Shown here in pieces: positions 19,191-32,720 of a stretch of 64,000 nucleotides of DNA. The stretch comes from the human T2T-CHM13v2.0 reference genome, Homo sapiens: assembly GCF_009914755.1 (NCBI RefSeq), contig NC_060938.1. One strand, 5' to 3'. The notes below the pieces were generated by a model. The model was given only the letters and a program-made list of their open reading frames with translations. It was not told where the DNA came from and searched no databases. Position 1 is the stretch's first letter; each line of letters starts with the position of its first letter. Made by a program: the position numbers and the translations under genes.

Positions 19191-19974
19191 AACCAAGATC
19201 TCTTATAGAAATGCTCATAAAGCAACAGGTGGAACATACCATACTAACAATGGCTGGTTCTTTCCATTAAAGCTGAAGTAGCTCCACCATGTGGCAGGAG
19301 TAAAAACAATCTACGATTCCTTTAGCTTGTTCACCAACTGAAATTACGCAAATCTCATTTAAGTTTGATGAGAACCACAAAATTACCCATTCTTCTCAGA
19401 ATATATGGGCTATTAATTTTTATATCACATTACTTAAATTTCACATAATTTATGCTGCCCAACTACATGTTTTAGACTACCATTCCATTGAAAACACATT
19501 TTTAACTCCATAAAATTATGAAGACCCATGAAAATTCTAGAGATGCATATATTCCAAGTATAATAAATATCACAAATAACTTTTAAATTCAATTTTTAAA
19601 TAATTCTTGTTACTATTATAATTTCCATACAGGTCTCAGAAGCATCTTAAAAGTAATGATAACTTTTTGTCTCTGTAAAAAGAATACTATTCAAAAAAGG
19701 ACAAAAAGTTCATAAATGTGGAATACTAACTTTGTAACTAATATATAAAATACATGAGTTTTTTGATTCCTAAATTCTTCCAACAGAAATTCAAATAATG
19801 TAAAATATTGGTATCTTTAAGCCGTAACTTATTACCTTGTTAATTTCAAAACAGCATACTAGTAACCTGATCTTTAACATTAGTTGTTACCAAATTATAG
19901 TTTTTAAAAAATTTCCTAGGAAAGTACGCCATTTTTTGGGTATCGAACATCTCACCTCATAGGAATACGGGGAT

Positions 19975-20715
19975 TGTTTTCCTTCCACTCTTTTGTATTT
20001 TCCAAATTTTCAATGTAATAAGCACATATTAATTTTATGATGAAATGAAATTTGTAAAAGAATAAATGTTAACATTAGAAGATAATTAACAAGTTATCTA
20101 TCTCGAGTACAATATACAATACAAGGAAATTAATATACCACTTTACCCTGGTGGCAAGGAAAATAGGTGAGATATCTTTCCCATCACAACATAAAAATAT
20201 ATGTTAGTAAATATTCATATTGGAAAGGAATGTATTCTATGACCTAGCAATTACTGCGTCCCAGTCTTGGCATTACTCTTATTGTAAAAGAAAGCATGAA
20301 CAAGCAGCAATTTTGGGGCCATAAAAAGTTGGAAATAACATAATCATATAGTAAAAAGTGATATCACAGGTTATAATAAGTCTATGTTCCATATATTAAA
20401 AATAATGACACGAATCTACATATAATGAAAAGAGAAGATTGCCAAAATGCATTATTGATTGAGAATGCAAGTTGCAGAATAATATATACAGTATTATGCT
20501 ATTTATGTTGATAAAAATATTGTACAGTATAAACCCTAAATATTGCACAGCAAAAGGACTGTAAGTACATTGATGAATTCCCTGTTATTAGTACCTGTGG
20601 AAGAGGGAATTATATTGTGGGATGGGAGAACAGTCAGTGGAGAGTTTGGTTTTAATTGCAATGCTTTTATTTTTATAATAAGGATGTATTAGCATATTAC
20701 TTGCATAATTAAACT
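19975..20715 (+). mobile_element. Ancient L1ME-type 3' fragments
   Basis: Degraded L1M 3' region motifs (ctatgacctagcaatt, aagttgcagaataatatatacagtat). Confidence 0.5.
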
Positions 20716-20789
20716 TTGTTTTTTAGGTTTTCTTCTTCACCATCGTATATTTGCATGCATATACCTATGCAAATAACAAAGTCCACCTT

Positions 20790-21020
20790 TATTGGGGATT
20801 TGTGACTGGCATTTTTCTAAGCACTTTGTCATGTGTCATATATTGTATCATGTAAACTTATTATTAACCTTATGATGCTAATAATATTTTTCCCATTTCA
20901 CAGATGACGAAACCAAGCCTCAGAGGAACTGAGTACATTGCCCAAATTCACCAAGCCCGTAAGGGTTACAATCAAACTTTGAATCCAGATATCTGTCTCA
21001 GAGTCCACAATCTTAACCAA
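20790..21020 (-). mobile_element. MIR SINE
   Basis: cccatttcacagatgacgaaaccaagcctcagag...ttgcccaa...tttgaatccag core. Confidence 0.75.
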
Positions 21021-22399
21021 AATTTTTTTTACAAATTCCCATGTAGAAGTGTGTACATCCACATACAGACGTACACACACACACATCCCTGCTGTCCAGC
21101 CTTTTCTCCCCCTGACACTTGAGTGCACAGGTCATTGGCATCTTCTCTCCATAACTTTCCACCATTGACAGAAATGTGTTTGCTCAAGGGATGAATTGAG
21201 GTGAAAACCTTACAACATTAGCTCTTTTGTAAAAAATCTGAGCAGATTTTTTATTTTGTATTTTGTTTTCCTGGTTACGCCTCTCCTTTTAAAGTTTTGA
21301 AAGGTGGCATTAATATCTATTTCTTTCCTGACTGCTCCATTTATTAGTTTCATTAGGATTAGTGAATTCTACTTGGTCTTTCCCCAATCCATTAATATTT
21401 TTTCCCTTCACTTAAAAACAAACAAACAAAAAAAAAAAACACTTGTTTTCCAAATGGCTTTGGGGTGGTAGTAGGATTTCCTGATGGCTAGAGGAAACTC
21501 CTCATGGCAGTATCTTGGTTGAGTAATTGGTCCTCGTCTGTATGTTCAAGAAGGTGAATGTTCTTAGTAAACCCAGAGGGGATCAGCCCATCAGAGGTAA
21601 GCTTCTGCTATGTAAATTGAGACGAGATTCAGGCTTAACCTCAAATACCAATGCATTTGCTCTTCTGGTCTCTCCCTTCTCCTCCTTATTATCATGATAC
21701 TTTAAAAGCCAAATTACTGATAAGAAATTTGCTTGCTGAGAACATAGAAAGGTAAACGGCTCGAGAGAGGGGGTTGTACATTTTTCTTTAAATCTAAAAA
21801 ACCACTATGAAGAATCCCAACCTCCCAACAAAAATTGCCTCTCTGTTAACTGGATTTTACCTGCATCCAGTTTTAACACCTCTCTCCTCTGGACAGTGCT
21901 GACACTGTCCTCCTGGGAATTATGACTTCCTTAGACACATAATGCTAGAGTCAAGTTGGAACTTAGATTCTTTTTCTTGCGGAAGTGGGAGGCATTGTGT
22001 CTTCTCCCTTCATGCATTAATTTAATTAGAAAAACATTCACTGTCTCTCACTATCAGCCTACAGATTCTCTATCTTCTCAGCCCGGTAAGAGCCTTATCA
22101 CACTGAGATAAATGGTTCTCTTTGTTGTACCAAGGTGGTTCCTGAAGCATGGTAATGGGGAGGAGACACCTAGAGATCAAAGCAACTAATACAATCAACT
22201 CCAATCCAGCCCCAAACCAAGTCTTTCCACCAGCTATTCCTTTCATATCTAAATGTTGTCCTCTTCCTCTGCAGCAGGATAGAAAATCAATTTCTAAGTG
22301 TAAAGGCAGTAAACAAAATTTCAGAGATATATAGTATATGTAAGTTTGAGTGCATAAAGTTAAAAGATTCCCAAATATCTAAAAATGTTTGAATTAAAA

Positions 22400-23235
22400 A
22401 ATCAGTATCAAATTAGTAAAAAAAAAAAAAATTAAAAAGGTATGTGAGCTGTATAACAGTCAAATGTTAATATGCTTAATATATTAAAAGTGTATATAAA
22501 AGGATAAGGACAACACTAGCCTGATGGATATATAGGCAAAATTCGGATACAAAAATTGTGTATAAATTACTAATGAATATTTGAAAAAAAACACTGAAAA
22601 TTTTAAAATGCAATGAAGACAGCTATAATTCATATCAAGTTAACAACTATTTTTAAACAATCACAATCTAATGCTGATGAAATTCGGCATATTAAGAGCA
22701 ATTACATTTTTACTGCTATGATTGCAAATTGATACAGTATAACAGTAGATTATTTGGCATTAGGTATCAACAGCTTTTAAAATAGTCATCCTCTTGACCC
22801 AAATATTGGAAATCTATCATTAAAAGGGTCTTCTGAGCAGATTTTATATAAGCAAAATGTTCATTAAATATTTTTCATACTTTCACGTAATTTGAAATAA
22901 CATAACTATCCAACACTAGAGAAACAGTTAAGCAAATTGAGCAACATCTACCCAGTAGAATACTATGCCACCATTAAAAATTAGATTTTCAAGAGTTTTA
23001 AATTACATGGGGGAAAATAAAGTTAACAGAAAATTGAATGTACAAAACGGCCTCAACAATGTCAGAAAATATACTTAAGACCAAAGACTAAAAGGAAATA
23101 TGCCAAAATGATGTAGTTATTGTCTCTGGGTAGTGAGATAATAGATTATTTCCTTCTTCCTCTTCTTTTTATAATTGTATGTAAACCACAATTTCTTCTT
23201 CAATGAAAACATATTTTTATAATGAGAAAAAATGA
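22400..23235 (+). mobile_element. Ancient L1ME-type ORF2 end/3'UTR fragment
   Basis: agaatactatgccaccattaaaaa; tgtctctgggtagtgagataatag. Confidence 0.55.
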
Positions 23236-24099
23236 TCTAATAACAGTATCTTTTAAATACAAGGTTATGTGCCCTGAAAACATTCCTAGTTTCCCTTAAA
23301 GTCATTTGTCTAACATAAGTGAATTTGTCTGAATCTCTCTAGAATACACATTCATATGCTCTACCCCAGGAGCAAGGAGTTCCTAAAATCTACTCCCTAC
23401 TATGTAAAATAAAACTGCCTTTAATTTTTTCCTGAATTTGTTTCAGACTTCAAGTAGAGTTCTTTATTATTTCTGTTCAACAGCACAAACTACAAACATA
23501 ATCTGTTTGGCAAACCATTTTTATTCAAAAGTATAATAATGCCTTGTTTTTCATCCTTCCAGAGGACCTAGTGGAAGAAAATGCCTAACATCAGGGAACA
23601 GTAGGAGCAGCCTAAATTGACCACAGAATTGTATTTGGCCACTGTCCTCAAAAAATTCAAGTGGATTCAGTAATCCTGAATACTTATGTACAACAAGCAT
23701 TCCTACTATAATAGATCATGAGGATTAAAATGAGGTGAGTTCATTGGTGAGCATGACATGTAGCCATAGCAATTAATCTTAGGTTCCTTCTCCCTTAAAA
23801 ATGGCTAATAAAACAGAAGAAATGCTGTATGAATAATTTCAGAATAACATGGAATAATTGTAGATATTTCTATAAGATTTGTACCAGATCCACTAGAACA
23901 AATCTACCAGTAGCTAAACACTGTAGAGTCTCTAAAAATGGACAAGGAGGAGATGTGACAAAGATACTCTTTAGGGGAATAAAGTCATCCTAAAAACTGA
24001 AGATATTTTCTGCTCTGCCAATCAAGGAATCACTGTTCTTTCCCCAGCAAGAAGGAGAGTGAAAAGAGGACCAAATTGGAGGCCCCAAATTTGCATTTT

Positions 24100-24220
24100 A
24101 ATCATAACCTTTCATAGCTAATTATGAGATTTGAGCATTCTCTGGATCTCAGTTTGCCACCCATAAAATGATGGGTGGACTGAAAGATTTCTAAGTTTTC
24201 CAGTTCTGACATTGCATGGG
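24100..24220 (+). mobile_element. MIR3-like SINE fragment
   Basis: ctctggatctcagtttgccacccataaaatg...gatttctaag...ccagttctgacatt. Confidence 0.55.
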
Positions 24221-26039
24221 TCTATAAGGAGCTCCATCTTGGTTGGCCCCTGAAGGCACCTGGAGACTTTGGTTTTAGGGAACCAAGGAGTCTCAGTGCT
24301 GAATGAGGATATAGTTCCCCGGTGTAGAATTTTAGAAACTATGCAAGCACTTGGATCTTTAAAAAAAAAATAGTTGGTCCCTGGGCTGTCTCTTACAACT
24401 TTAATATTTACACTATGACAAAGTGAAAGTGCTCATTCGTGTTCGAGCCAAAGTAATACCATTCTCTTTATTCATTCCAATGAGCTAATTTTACATGAGC
24501 AAGAAAGCACTGGAGAGGTACAGACCCATGGGATATTTGCCTAGCCTAAGTGAGTCTCAGATGGAAATAAATATGAAAAGCGTTAGCATGGGACCTGTGA
24601 GAAATTGATTCTTACATCTGGCCTCCAAAGGGTCAAGCCACAAATAAGTGACCTTTGACATGCCCCTTCTCTAGTTCAGCCTGGAGCTGCCCACATTTCC
24701 CAGTGGTGCCCAGTCAACTCATTCTCCTGATGCAGGATCATCAGAGAGAATCTGGAGTAATGGCAGCTGCGGGTAAGGGGCTGCCAAATAATAGTGGAAC
24801 AAAGATCTCTTCCAAGTTTCTATTTCCTCCGAATAGCTCAAATACTTCAACAGTCCAGGTCCCCCTAAAGACTGCATTTTCTTAGCTGCATTCTCTCTAG
24901 TTGTGATGAGTGTCTCAAAAAGGAACACCTCTCCTCCTGAGTTTATGATAGTTTATGACCTGCCACTTCATTTCCAGCAGTGTGTCCCAGTTCCTCTTGC
25001 AATCCACAAAGGACACTTTTTCTTTCAGTAGCCTGGTGTGAGCTCTTGCCTCTCAGGATTAGCTGTGATCTTACTGCTGGGGTGGGAGCACACTTAGCCA
25101 CAGGGCCCAAAAGAACTACTGTCACTGAAAAGAGCACTTTCCTGTATTTGAGGGCTCTTCCTCTCTTCTGGTACACCCGGGGAAAAACCTGGCAGAGTCC
25201 ACCCACAGTCTTTGAGGATTAATTCTGTAAGAACTTCTTACACTGAAGGGAATCCTCCTCCAGGGGATGATTCTGCTCTGTGCTTCTGAGCTCTGATGGC
25301 AATCACATCAACATCGCCAGGGACTGTGGCAGAAGAGGAACATCACCCACTGGAAACCGGGGCAAGTTGCTCCTCTGTAGTTCCAGGAAATGGCCAGAGG
25401 CACAGCTCTGCTGTTCCAATTTGCAGTTTTCTCTAACATCAAAAATAAAATGTGATTTGCATTTGAAATTTTACAGAATTCCTCATTTTAGGTCAAGACT
25501 GGCCTTACCCATAGGTTAGTGACTTATGTGGTAGGATTTAACACACACACACACATACACACACAAATATTATCCATAAAAAGAATTATATTCCCACCAA
25601 CCTGCTGTGGCATTCATCAGTGACCCTTTGAAGTTCAGCCATTGAAGGGGCAGGTTAAAATGCAAATTTGTTTCTTGGAGAGGTAGCACATAGAGCTATT
25701 ATCAACTGTTAATGCTCCGGTATTGCTGGAATGTCAGACTAAGAAGTTTGGGTTAAAAATTAACATATCAGTAAGTGAAGACTGGCTTTATATATTACAT
25801 ATTTAATTTATAAAAATGGTGACATTAAAAGGTGGCACCAAAATGTAAATAGAATCAAGATCACTTTGGATAAATTAACGCATGACACAAGCCTTTGACA
25901 TGTTATTAATGGAAATGAGTTTGGGGGATCTAATTTAGCCTTTGAGATTAGTGTCAACAAAGAAAGGTATCTCCTCTGGTGCCCATGGCAGAAGCAGAAC
26001 ATTAGTACAATTCACCATAGATCAGTTTCACTTTGTAAT

Positions 26040-26200
26040 TCAGTGTAAGTGGTTTATATGATAGAGAGGGCAGGAAGATCTGGTTTTGACTCTGTCTCTA
26101 CTACTTACAAGATGCGTGAAGCTGCTCAAGTCACTTAAGCAAGGTGAGCCTCAGGTTCTTCATCTACAAAAGTGGGATGTAGAAAAGAAGAGTAAATGTA
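26040..26200 (+). mobile_element. MIR SINE
   Basis: ctctactacttac...caagtcacttaa...gagcctcaggttcttcatctacaaaa. Confidence 0.65.
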
Positions 26201-26989
26201 AAATTCCTGTTCAGTAGTTGTCTATTAAAGAATCTCTCCTTCCTTCCTCTATTCACATCCATCAGGGAGAGGAGTAGGCTGATGGTGCCAGCTAAGGACC
26301 TCGGCACTCCTAGACCTATTCCTGAACCATTAATGGCTCTGAATTTGGGACAGGAATGTTACTCTCATGGTTAATTCCTTGCTCACTTGTCTGCTGGTGC
26401 TTGTTCACAATGTCAAAGATATGGCAACTTCATGGGAAGGCAGGTTTAACTTTTTGGTGTTTTTGCACTAGCCTGTATATCTGTCTACCTTTCATATGAG
26501 AACCACCTTGCTGATTCAGACTGGAAGCTTCAAGAGAGAAGTTTCTTTCCATTTAATGCACTGGGGATGGTGCTCAACAGAGAACCACACTCAAATCGGG
26601 GCTAAATAATATGGCAATATCATGGTTACAAAAGAAACACCTCCCTTTCTCACCAAATCACTGAATCCCTTATTCTATAAAAATGAAATTGAACTGCAAA
26701 CATCACCACCATGACAAGAGGATTTAGGCACACTGATCAACTGATTAAATTCTATTTGTCATCCAGAGTGATCCTGGAGGCCTTCAGAGCCTGGAGGAAA
26801 CCTCTCTGTGACTCTACTCACATCTTTACACACGGAAAATCCAATTAGGCTGAGTATCTACAGCAGCTTCCAGAAGTAAACTGATTGCAGAAGGGCAGCC
26901 TGCTGCCTGAGGACTGCAGGGGACGAGGAAGGGGTGGGCCACCTGGAAGGGACCTCTGCCTTCTCAGCACCTAGAGTTGGTTTCCAGAT

Positions 26990-27130
26990 GATCACATAGT
27001 TTAACCCTTTTCTTTTATAGACAAGGAAATTGAGGCCCAGAAAGGTTAACAGTCTTGCCCAAGACCTAAGATTAGAAGGCAGAGTTGGGGTTGAGAATTG
27101 CTTATGTGAGACTCAGACCCAAAGCAGACG
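26990..27130 (-). mobile_element. MIR SINE
   Basis: ttttatagacaaggaaattgaggcccagaaaggttaa...cttgcccaag. Confidence 0.65.
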
Positions 27131-28329
27131 ACCATATTTTCAAATTCAGTGAAAACTGGAAAACTCGTATGGGCCTACCCAGCCTGGAAAATCCCCATGT
27201 ATTACCAATACATAGTAAACGAATCAAAGATTGAAAAGTTTACTTGAAAACCAATCAGAAGTCCTCTCCCACATGCAAAAATCCCACCCTAATAGAACAC
27301 TCATCACCCGTCAGACTGTCTTAACACTTCTTCCTTTTTCTTTCTTTGCAAACCCCTTTGAGCCTGTGCCAGAAGTGACGGTGTCTGCCACCCTCTCTGC
27401 AGTCAGTCCTGACCAGTTCTCTGGGGTTTACACCTGTCCTCTGGCCACTCGTCTGCTGCACTTCCTGCATCTGCTTGTTTCACCTTGGCCCCAGCTTTAC
27501 CTGAGGGGTGCTTGGCCTGTGCCTTGAGTTCCAGGGCCTATGTTTACTTCAAAAATATTAATGTCAATTCCTTCAACTTGTTCCAAAGACAACAGAGCCT
27601 CTCACAAGCAGGCAAGCCCTGCCACTTGTTACGTAGTTGAGGCTGACGAGCCTGCAGGTCCCAGCCAACTTTATCACCTCCCTCTTCTGAGGGGTGGAAG
27701 TCCCCAACATCTCAGGGTCCCCTGAGAGTATGGGGATTCCCACATCGGCAAGTACCTGCTTCAGAGAAGCCCATGAGAAACTGGCCCAGAGCAAGCGGGT
27801 CCACCCTCCCATTGTGGGAAAGTGAAGGGCAGAAGGAGTCTGGCTGGAGGTCACTCCTGCCACTGATCTTCCTCACTCGGGTCCAGCCTGTCAGAGGATA
27901 AAGCACAGTGGTGGGTGGGGGTATCTGGCTCTCCCCCACCCTCCTTCTCAGGGGTTCAGTAGTCCCTGGGAACAAGATTCAGCTCAGGAATTTCTGGGAT
28001 GCTGGTCAGTTCTGGCCCTAAGGACACTGGGAGTGACAGCGGGCTGCTAAGGATGTGACAGTGACTGGGCTGTTCCCTTCACATGACTACCAGGGCAAGC
28101 CCTGGCCAAATCCCAGCACCTGCTGAAAGTTGAAGCTGACCACTGGAGTGATTAGATTCATGACATGTGGTGGAGGCCTGGGGAGTGGAGCTACTGGGAA
28201 AGGACACAGCTAAGGAATCTCCTCCCTCCCAGCATTGCTTGACCCTTTCACAAAGACAGTGGTAGGTAGAGGAAGAAGGAGAATTGGCCTACTCCTTCCT
28301 TTTCGCTGTATATGGTCATAGAAATTGTC

Positions 28330-28525
28330 AGAACTTTATATCTAGATTCAAGTTCTATCTCTAGCACAATTAGCTCTAAAACTTTGCGAACGTTACTTAA
28401 CCTCCTAGGTCCTCTTTGTTCATAAAACGAGAACGTAATACATACCTTGGTTGGCTGTGAAAGTTATATGAGTCAGTGTTGTGGGGAAGTTGAAGGCATG
28501 CAGTAGATGCACAAGGAAAATTAAA
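28330..28525 (+). mobile_element. MIR SINE
   Basis: gattcaag...gttacttaacctc...ggcatgcagtagatgc. Confidence 0.55.
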
Positions 28526-31343
28526 TTCCGTTCCCCAGTTCCTGGCTTGCAAGTTGGGGGTTAAACTCAGTTAAGCTCAGAGAAGACATGACATGACGGG
28601 GGATCAAGGGAGATGTGGGAAGCTCACGGGCTGTGGTTCCCACTGATCCACATTAGACTCCAAATGACAACACCCTCACAATCCCATGAAATTGAGCAGA
28701 ATTTCTCTTCTTTCTTGTGATGTTTCCAGAAATGAAGAGAGAGGGAAGGAAGACACAGACTCTGATCTTTGGCTTCACTTTGGTTCCAAGACCTGGAGCT
28801 GATAGTGTATGGAGGGTTGCCTGTTTGTCCAGGCACTATGAATAAGACCAAGGTAATCCAGCCCAACTCTACGACACAGCTAAGCCAACAAGCAGCTGGA
28901 TCTTGTGTCTCAGCACTCACAGAAATGTATAAATCATCTGATACCAACTGCTCCCCGGAAGCCTCTGTCTCCAGAATATAAATGTCCAACTACAGGACTG
29001 GCAAAGAAACCAAGCCCTGGGCAATGCCTACTATGGACCCTTATTTCTTGTGGTTTGCTAAGAAAAAAGTAGGCCCAAGGGAGAGGAGGGGGAAAACCAG
29101 GAGGGTCTAAAGTTCTTCTGACTGAAAGAAAAGACCACATCAGAGAGAAAGAAAGGAATCAGTTAAGTAATAAAAGGTTGTGAGTTGATTTATCATTCAA
29201 CTAAACAAATTATCTTCCTACACAAACATTCTGAGGATTAAGTGAACAATATAATACTTTTCTGAGCTCTTTTTGATCAAATGCTTTGCTGTTAAAGGTT
29301 ATATTCCTAGGGAGTTGATACTGAAGCTTCTTGTTCCTTGTCAGTAAACACAAGGAGAGGCCAACCCTCTGTAAATTTAAATTACATAAAACCTTTCCCC
29401 AAACTGTCTGGTCTCCTAACAGCCCCTTTTCACTGAACTCTGTGGTTATGGAATGTAAGTATCTTTATCACAGCAGCACAGACTTTTGAAAATTTGACAT
29501 AATAGAATTTCTTCCTCACAAGGCATATCAAACACCATTGCAAACTAGTGGGATTTTTAATCAAGACTAAAGCAGAGGTCTTTTATTTGTTTGTTTGTGC
29601 TTAGATTATTTCCACATGACCAATAAAATGTTCTCTCTGACCATCATCCCTGCTGACTAGAAGTACCAGGAACCTTGTCTCACCCTCACCTCCAGAGGTA
29701 AGGGTATGAACGGACTGTGAAAAAACACAGCAGAACACTGGGGTCAGCAGAGAGAAAGCGAAAGAACCCCATGGGCAGATAATCTAAAAGCAGCAGAGAA
29801 TCAACGGGAAACTAACACAAGTGCCTGAAGATGGAGACAGCAATTTTTAGTGATTTTGGCTTGTCTCTGTTCTATGAAGCTCCAACTCAGTGGCAACCTA
29901 GTGTGAAAATTTATGAAATACTTTTGGATTTATCTCTGTAATTCCAGGTCTGGCACAATATAGGTTTCTTGAATGAATAAATGGATGAACATGTCAATCA
30001 ATGAATGAACAGTAATATTAAGGAGGGGAAGAAAACCATTACAGGTCAATGAATGGGTTCCTAGAAGATTCCCCTGTCTCCCATTGTCTTCCGACTCAGG
30101 GAGACAACAGCTGGAGCAGAGTGCCTAGACTTCGGGGGCTTAGGAGGCCACACATCTTAGAGAGCATTTCACCATCAACTGCAATTCCTTTGGCAGTTTG
30201 AATTATAATATTTACTTCCATGATACAGTCTTCAGCTGTTGTAACTGCTAGTGACCCTTCTCTGAATCCCTACTTCGTATGTTAGACATTTTTTATATGG
30301 AGAATTAATACAGCCTTGACTGCTATGCTTCTTTTTTACTTCCATCTCTAATAATAAGATCCTCAAGGGTCGAGACTGTCATACTCTTGTTTTTTGTGTT
30401 TACTTCACTGCATATCCTAGAGCTGAGTACATATGGAAGAATGAATCAATTAATGAAATTTATGAACACATGCTGAGGTTTAAAGAGAATATCAACTGCT
30501 TGGTTTGATGACAAAAAGCAACATCACTCTGTGTCTAGCACGTAGCCCAGAGGTGCGGGCCCCATCCTCTCGTGTGAGGAGCCCACGGTGATGCATAGGC
30601 ACCTGCACCCCGTGCCTAAACCCTGCAGCTGGCACGGGCCCTGTCTGCTCTTCATTCACCGTTCTCACGAGTTGCAATAAGTTCAGCCCTCCATGTCACA
30701 CTGTGTTTTCCATCCTGGGGAGTGTTTCACAGCTATCCCAAGCCCCACGCTGACGAATCACGGCCGAAAACACACTCTGATGCCAGCACAGACCACGGAG
30801 CAAATGTCAGACAAGATCAGCCTCGGAAAAGTGAGTCCTGAATTGCGATGGAAGTGGGCTTCCTCTCACAAGGACTTTGTGTGGAGATGCGCAGGTGGGC
30901 TGTTGGAAAAGACCCATGGAATTCCCTTCCTCTGGGTGCCTTTTCTGTCCCAACCTCTGGGGATTCCTCAAGAATCGGGGGGATTTCAGCACGGAGTGTG
31001 GGACTCTGTCTGCCCCAAGATCAGAGGATTCACCTTGCCTTTTGGAAAGAACTGCCCAGTGTATCAGGTTTTTATGAGTCAGTTTTAGAGTTGGGAATGC
31101 GGACAGATTTGTAAGAAAGTCCACAGAGCATATCTCTCCACAGCGGAGAAGGCTCTCGAGCCCCAGAAGGCAATATCACGGTGGCCTAGGTGGATGTCAC
31201 GGGGTGAGAATCAACCCTCAGTTGCCACGAGGAATCTGAGGAGATCCAGGATTACGGTTTTTATGTAACTGTCTTACCTCTGTTTCACAAGGGCCAAAAC
31301 TTCAGCCCCGTTATAAAATCAACAGATGCAGAAAAGAGACAAG

Positions 31344-31362
31344 TGGCCACTAGATGGCAGCA
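31344..31362 (+). promoter_or_regulatory. Strong CTCF-binding motif
   Basis: tggccactagatggcagca closely matches the CTCF core TGGCCAC(C/T)AG(G/A)(G/T)GGC(G/A). Confidence 0.7.
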
Positions 31363-32379
31363 GATGGTAAGAAACGTGAGTTGCAGGCGGGCTGGGCAAG
31401 AGTTAGGCTGGAAGCCCCTCCATTTTGCTTTACATCTTTAATGAGATATGTGAAGAAAATTAGTCCCTTACATGCCAGACGCAGATGCCACAGCATATGG
31501 AGAGATGCCGCACAGCAATATTTCTCTGGTTATTAAACAGGAGGCACCTAACCAGTCATTCACTGCATCATCATGCAGAGTTATCCTTTAGGTCTCCGGA
31601 TACTGTTGTTGACAAGGTAATAACAGAAGAAAGCAGTTGAGAAGACTGATGTCGGGACGTGGGCCTCTGGGCTCGTGGGACTTCACCATGCCAGGGGATG
31701 GGGCACATTGCCAGAAAATGAGGAGCAGCCCACTGGGGCCACTTTTCCGTGGCCAGGGGGACACTGTGGCTTCTGCTGCCGGGCTTAGTCCCAGCAGGCG
31801 TCTGCTGCTCTCTGGTCCCCCTGGCAGCCCTCGGGGGCTCATTTATTCAGAAGCCCCATTACCGCGAGACAATTCTGCGGTCTGACCTTTCACCACAAAT
31901 CCCAAATGGGAAAGGGAGCTCTGGGAATTTTAAAGAGCAAACCACACTTGCTTCTCCAGCAAAATTGAAAAGATACAGCATAACTAGAGTGCATTCAGGT
32001 GCACATAGATAGGGAAACACGGTTTCCATGCTGCCCCAAACAAAAGGAGGGAGTCCAGTCCTGCCGACTGCAGGAAACAGCCTCACTCGGAAGACACACT
32101 TTTTCTTGGGAGAGTGTTCCCAGGTCCAGAGCAGGCAGGGATTGCGCCCACTTCCCCACTTCTCACACTTTTCTCCAACCCCACCACTCAGTCTGACTAT
32201 TCCTTTATTTAATTCTTCCACACTCCCAAACCCAGGGGCTTCATAAGGCCTTCAGGGTAGCTGAGGAACAGAGAACAGATTATTCAGTCCAGGCAACTAG
32301 TCCTTGTCTCAGGCCCAACAAGAAACTGTTATCTTATTAACCTGAAAGCCCAGAACTCTCAGGACTTCTCAGAGTCACT

Positions 32380-32720
32380 CATGAAGCCCCTTAACAGTCC
32401 TGAAATGAAGATAAATAATACAGCCATTTTTCGTACAGAGAAACTGAGGTATAAAACTGAGATCAGCTGCAGCTCTCCTGGTCCCCATTGCTTTCCCACA
32501 GATTCAACCCTCTGAAGCATCCTCCAGTGAAAATGTAGTAGCAAGATTCACCCTACCAGGATTTCTCTCCCCCTCTTAGAAAATTACTTCCTGCGCTAGA
32601 AATCCTCACTTGTCTGTGTGACTTTAGACAACTTGCTTAACCTCTCTGTGCCTCACTTATCATCTGTAATTTGAGGGACTAGAACCAGATGATGACTAAG
32701 GCCCATTCCAGCTCACAGTC
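32380..32720. mobile_element. Two MIR/MIR3 fragments (minus ~32380-32480, plus ~32600-32720)
   Basis: acagagaaactgagg; tgtgtgacttt...cttaacctctctgtgcctca...catctgtaa. Confidence 0.65.

Larger units (their letters stand above)
17268..19672 (-). pseudogene. Candidate decayed multi-exon coding remnant, parent unknown
   Basis: Exon-like segments 19631-19672, 19240-19337, 19074-19123, 18903-18985 and 17268-17360 with AG acceptors and mostly GT donors; three join in frame with one stop. Confidence 0.35.

Noticed and set aside
19074-19337. HSLG motif in the joined exon peptide resembling a lipase GHSLG or PTP VHCSAGVG motif
   Set aside because: Key residues and spacing do not fit; too weak to name a family
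27770-28190. Possible old ERVL-type LTR/internal fragment
   Set aside because: Composition is suggestive, but I could not anchor termini or a consensus
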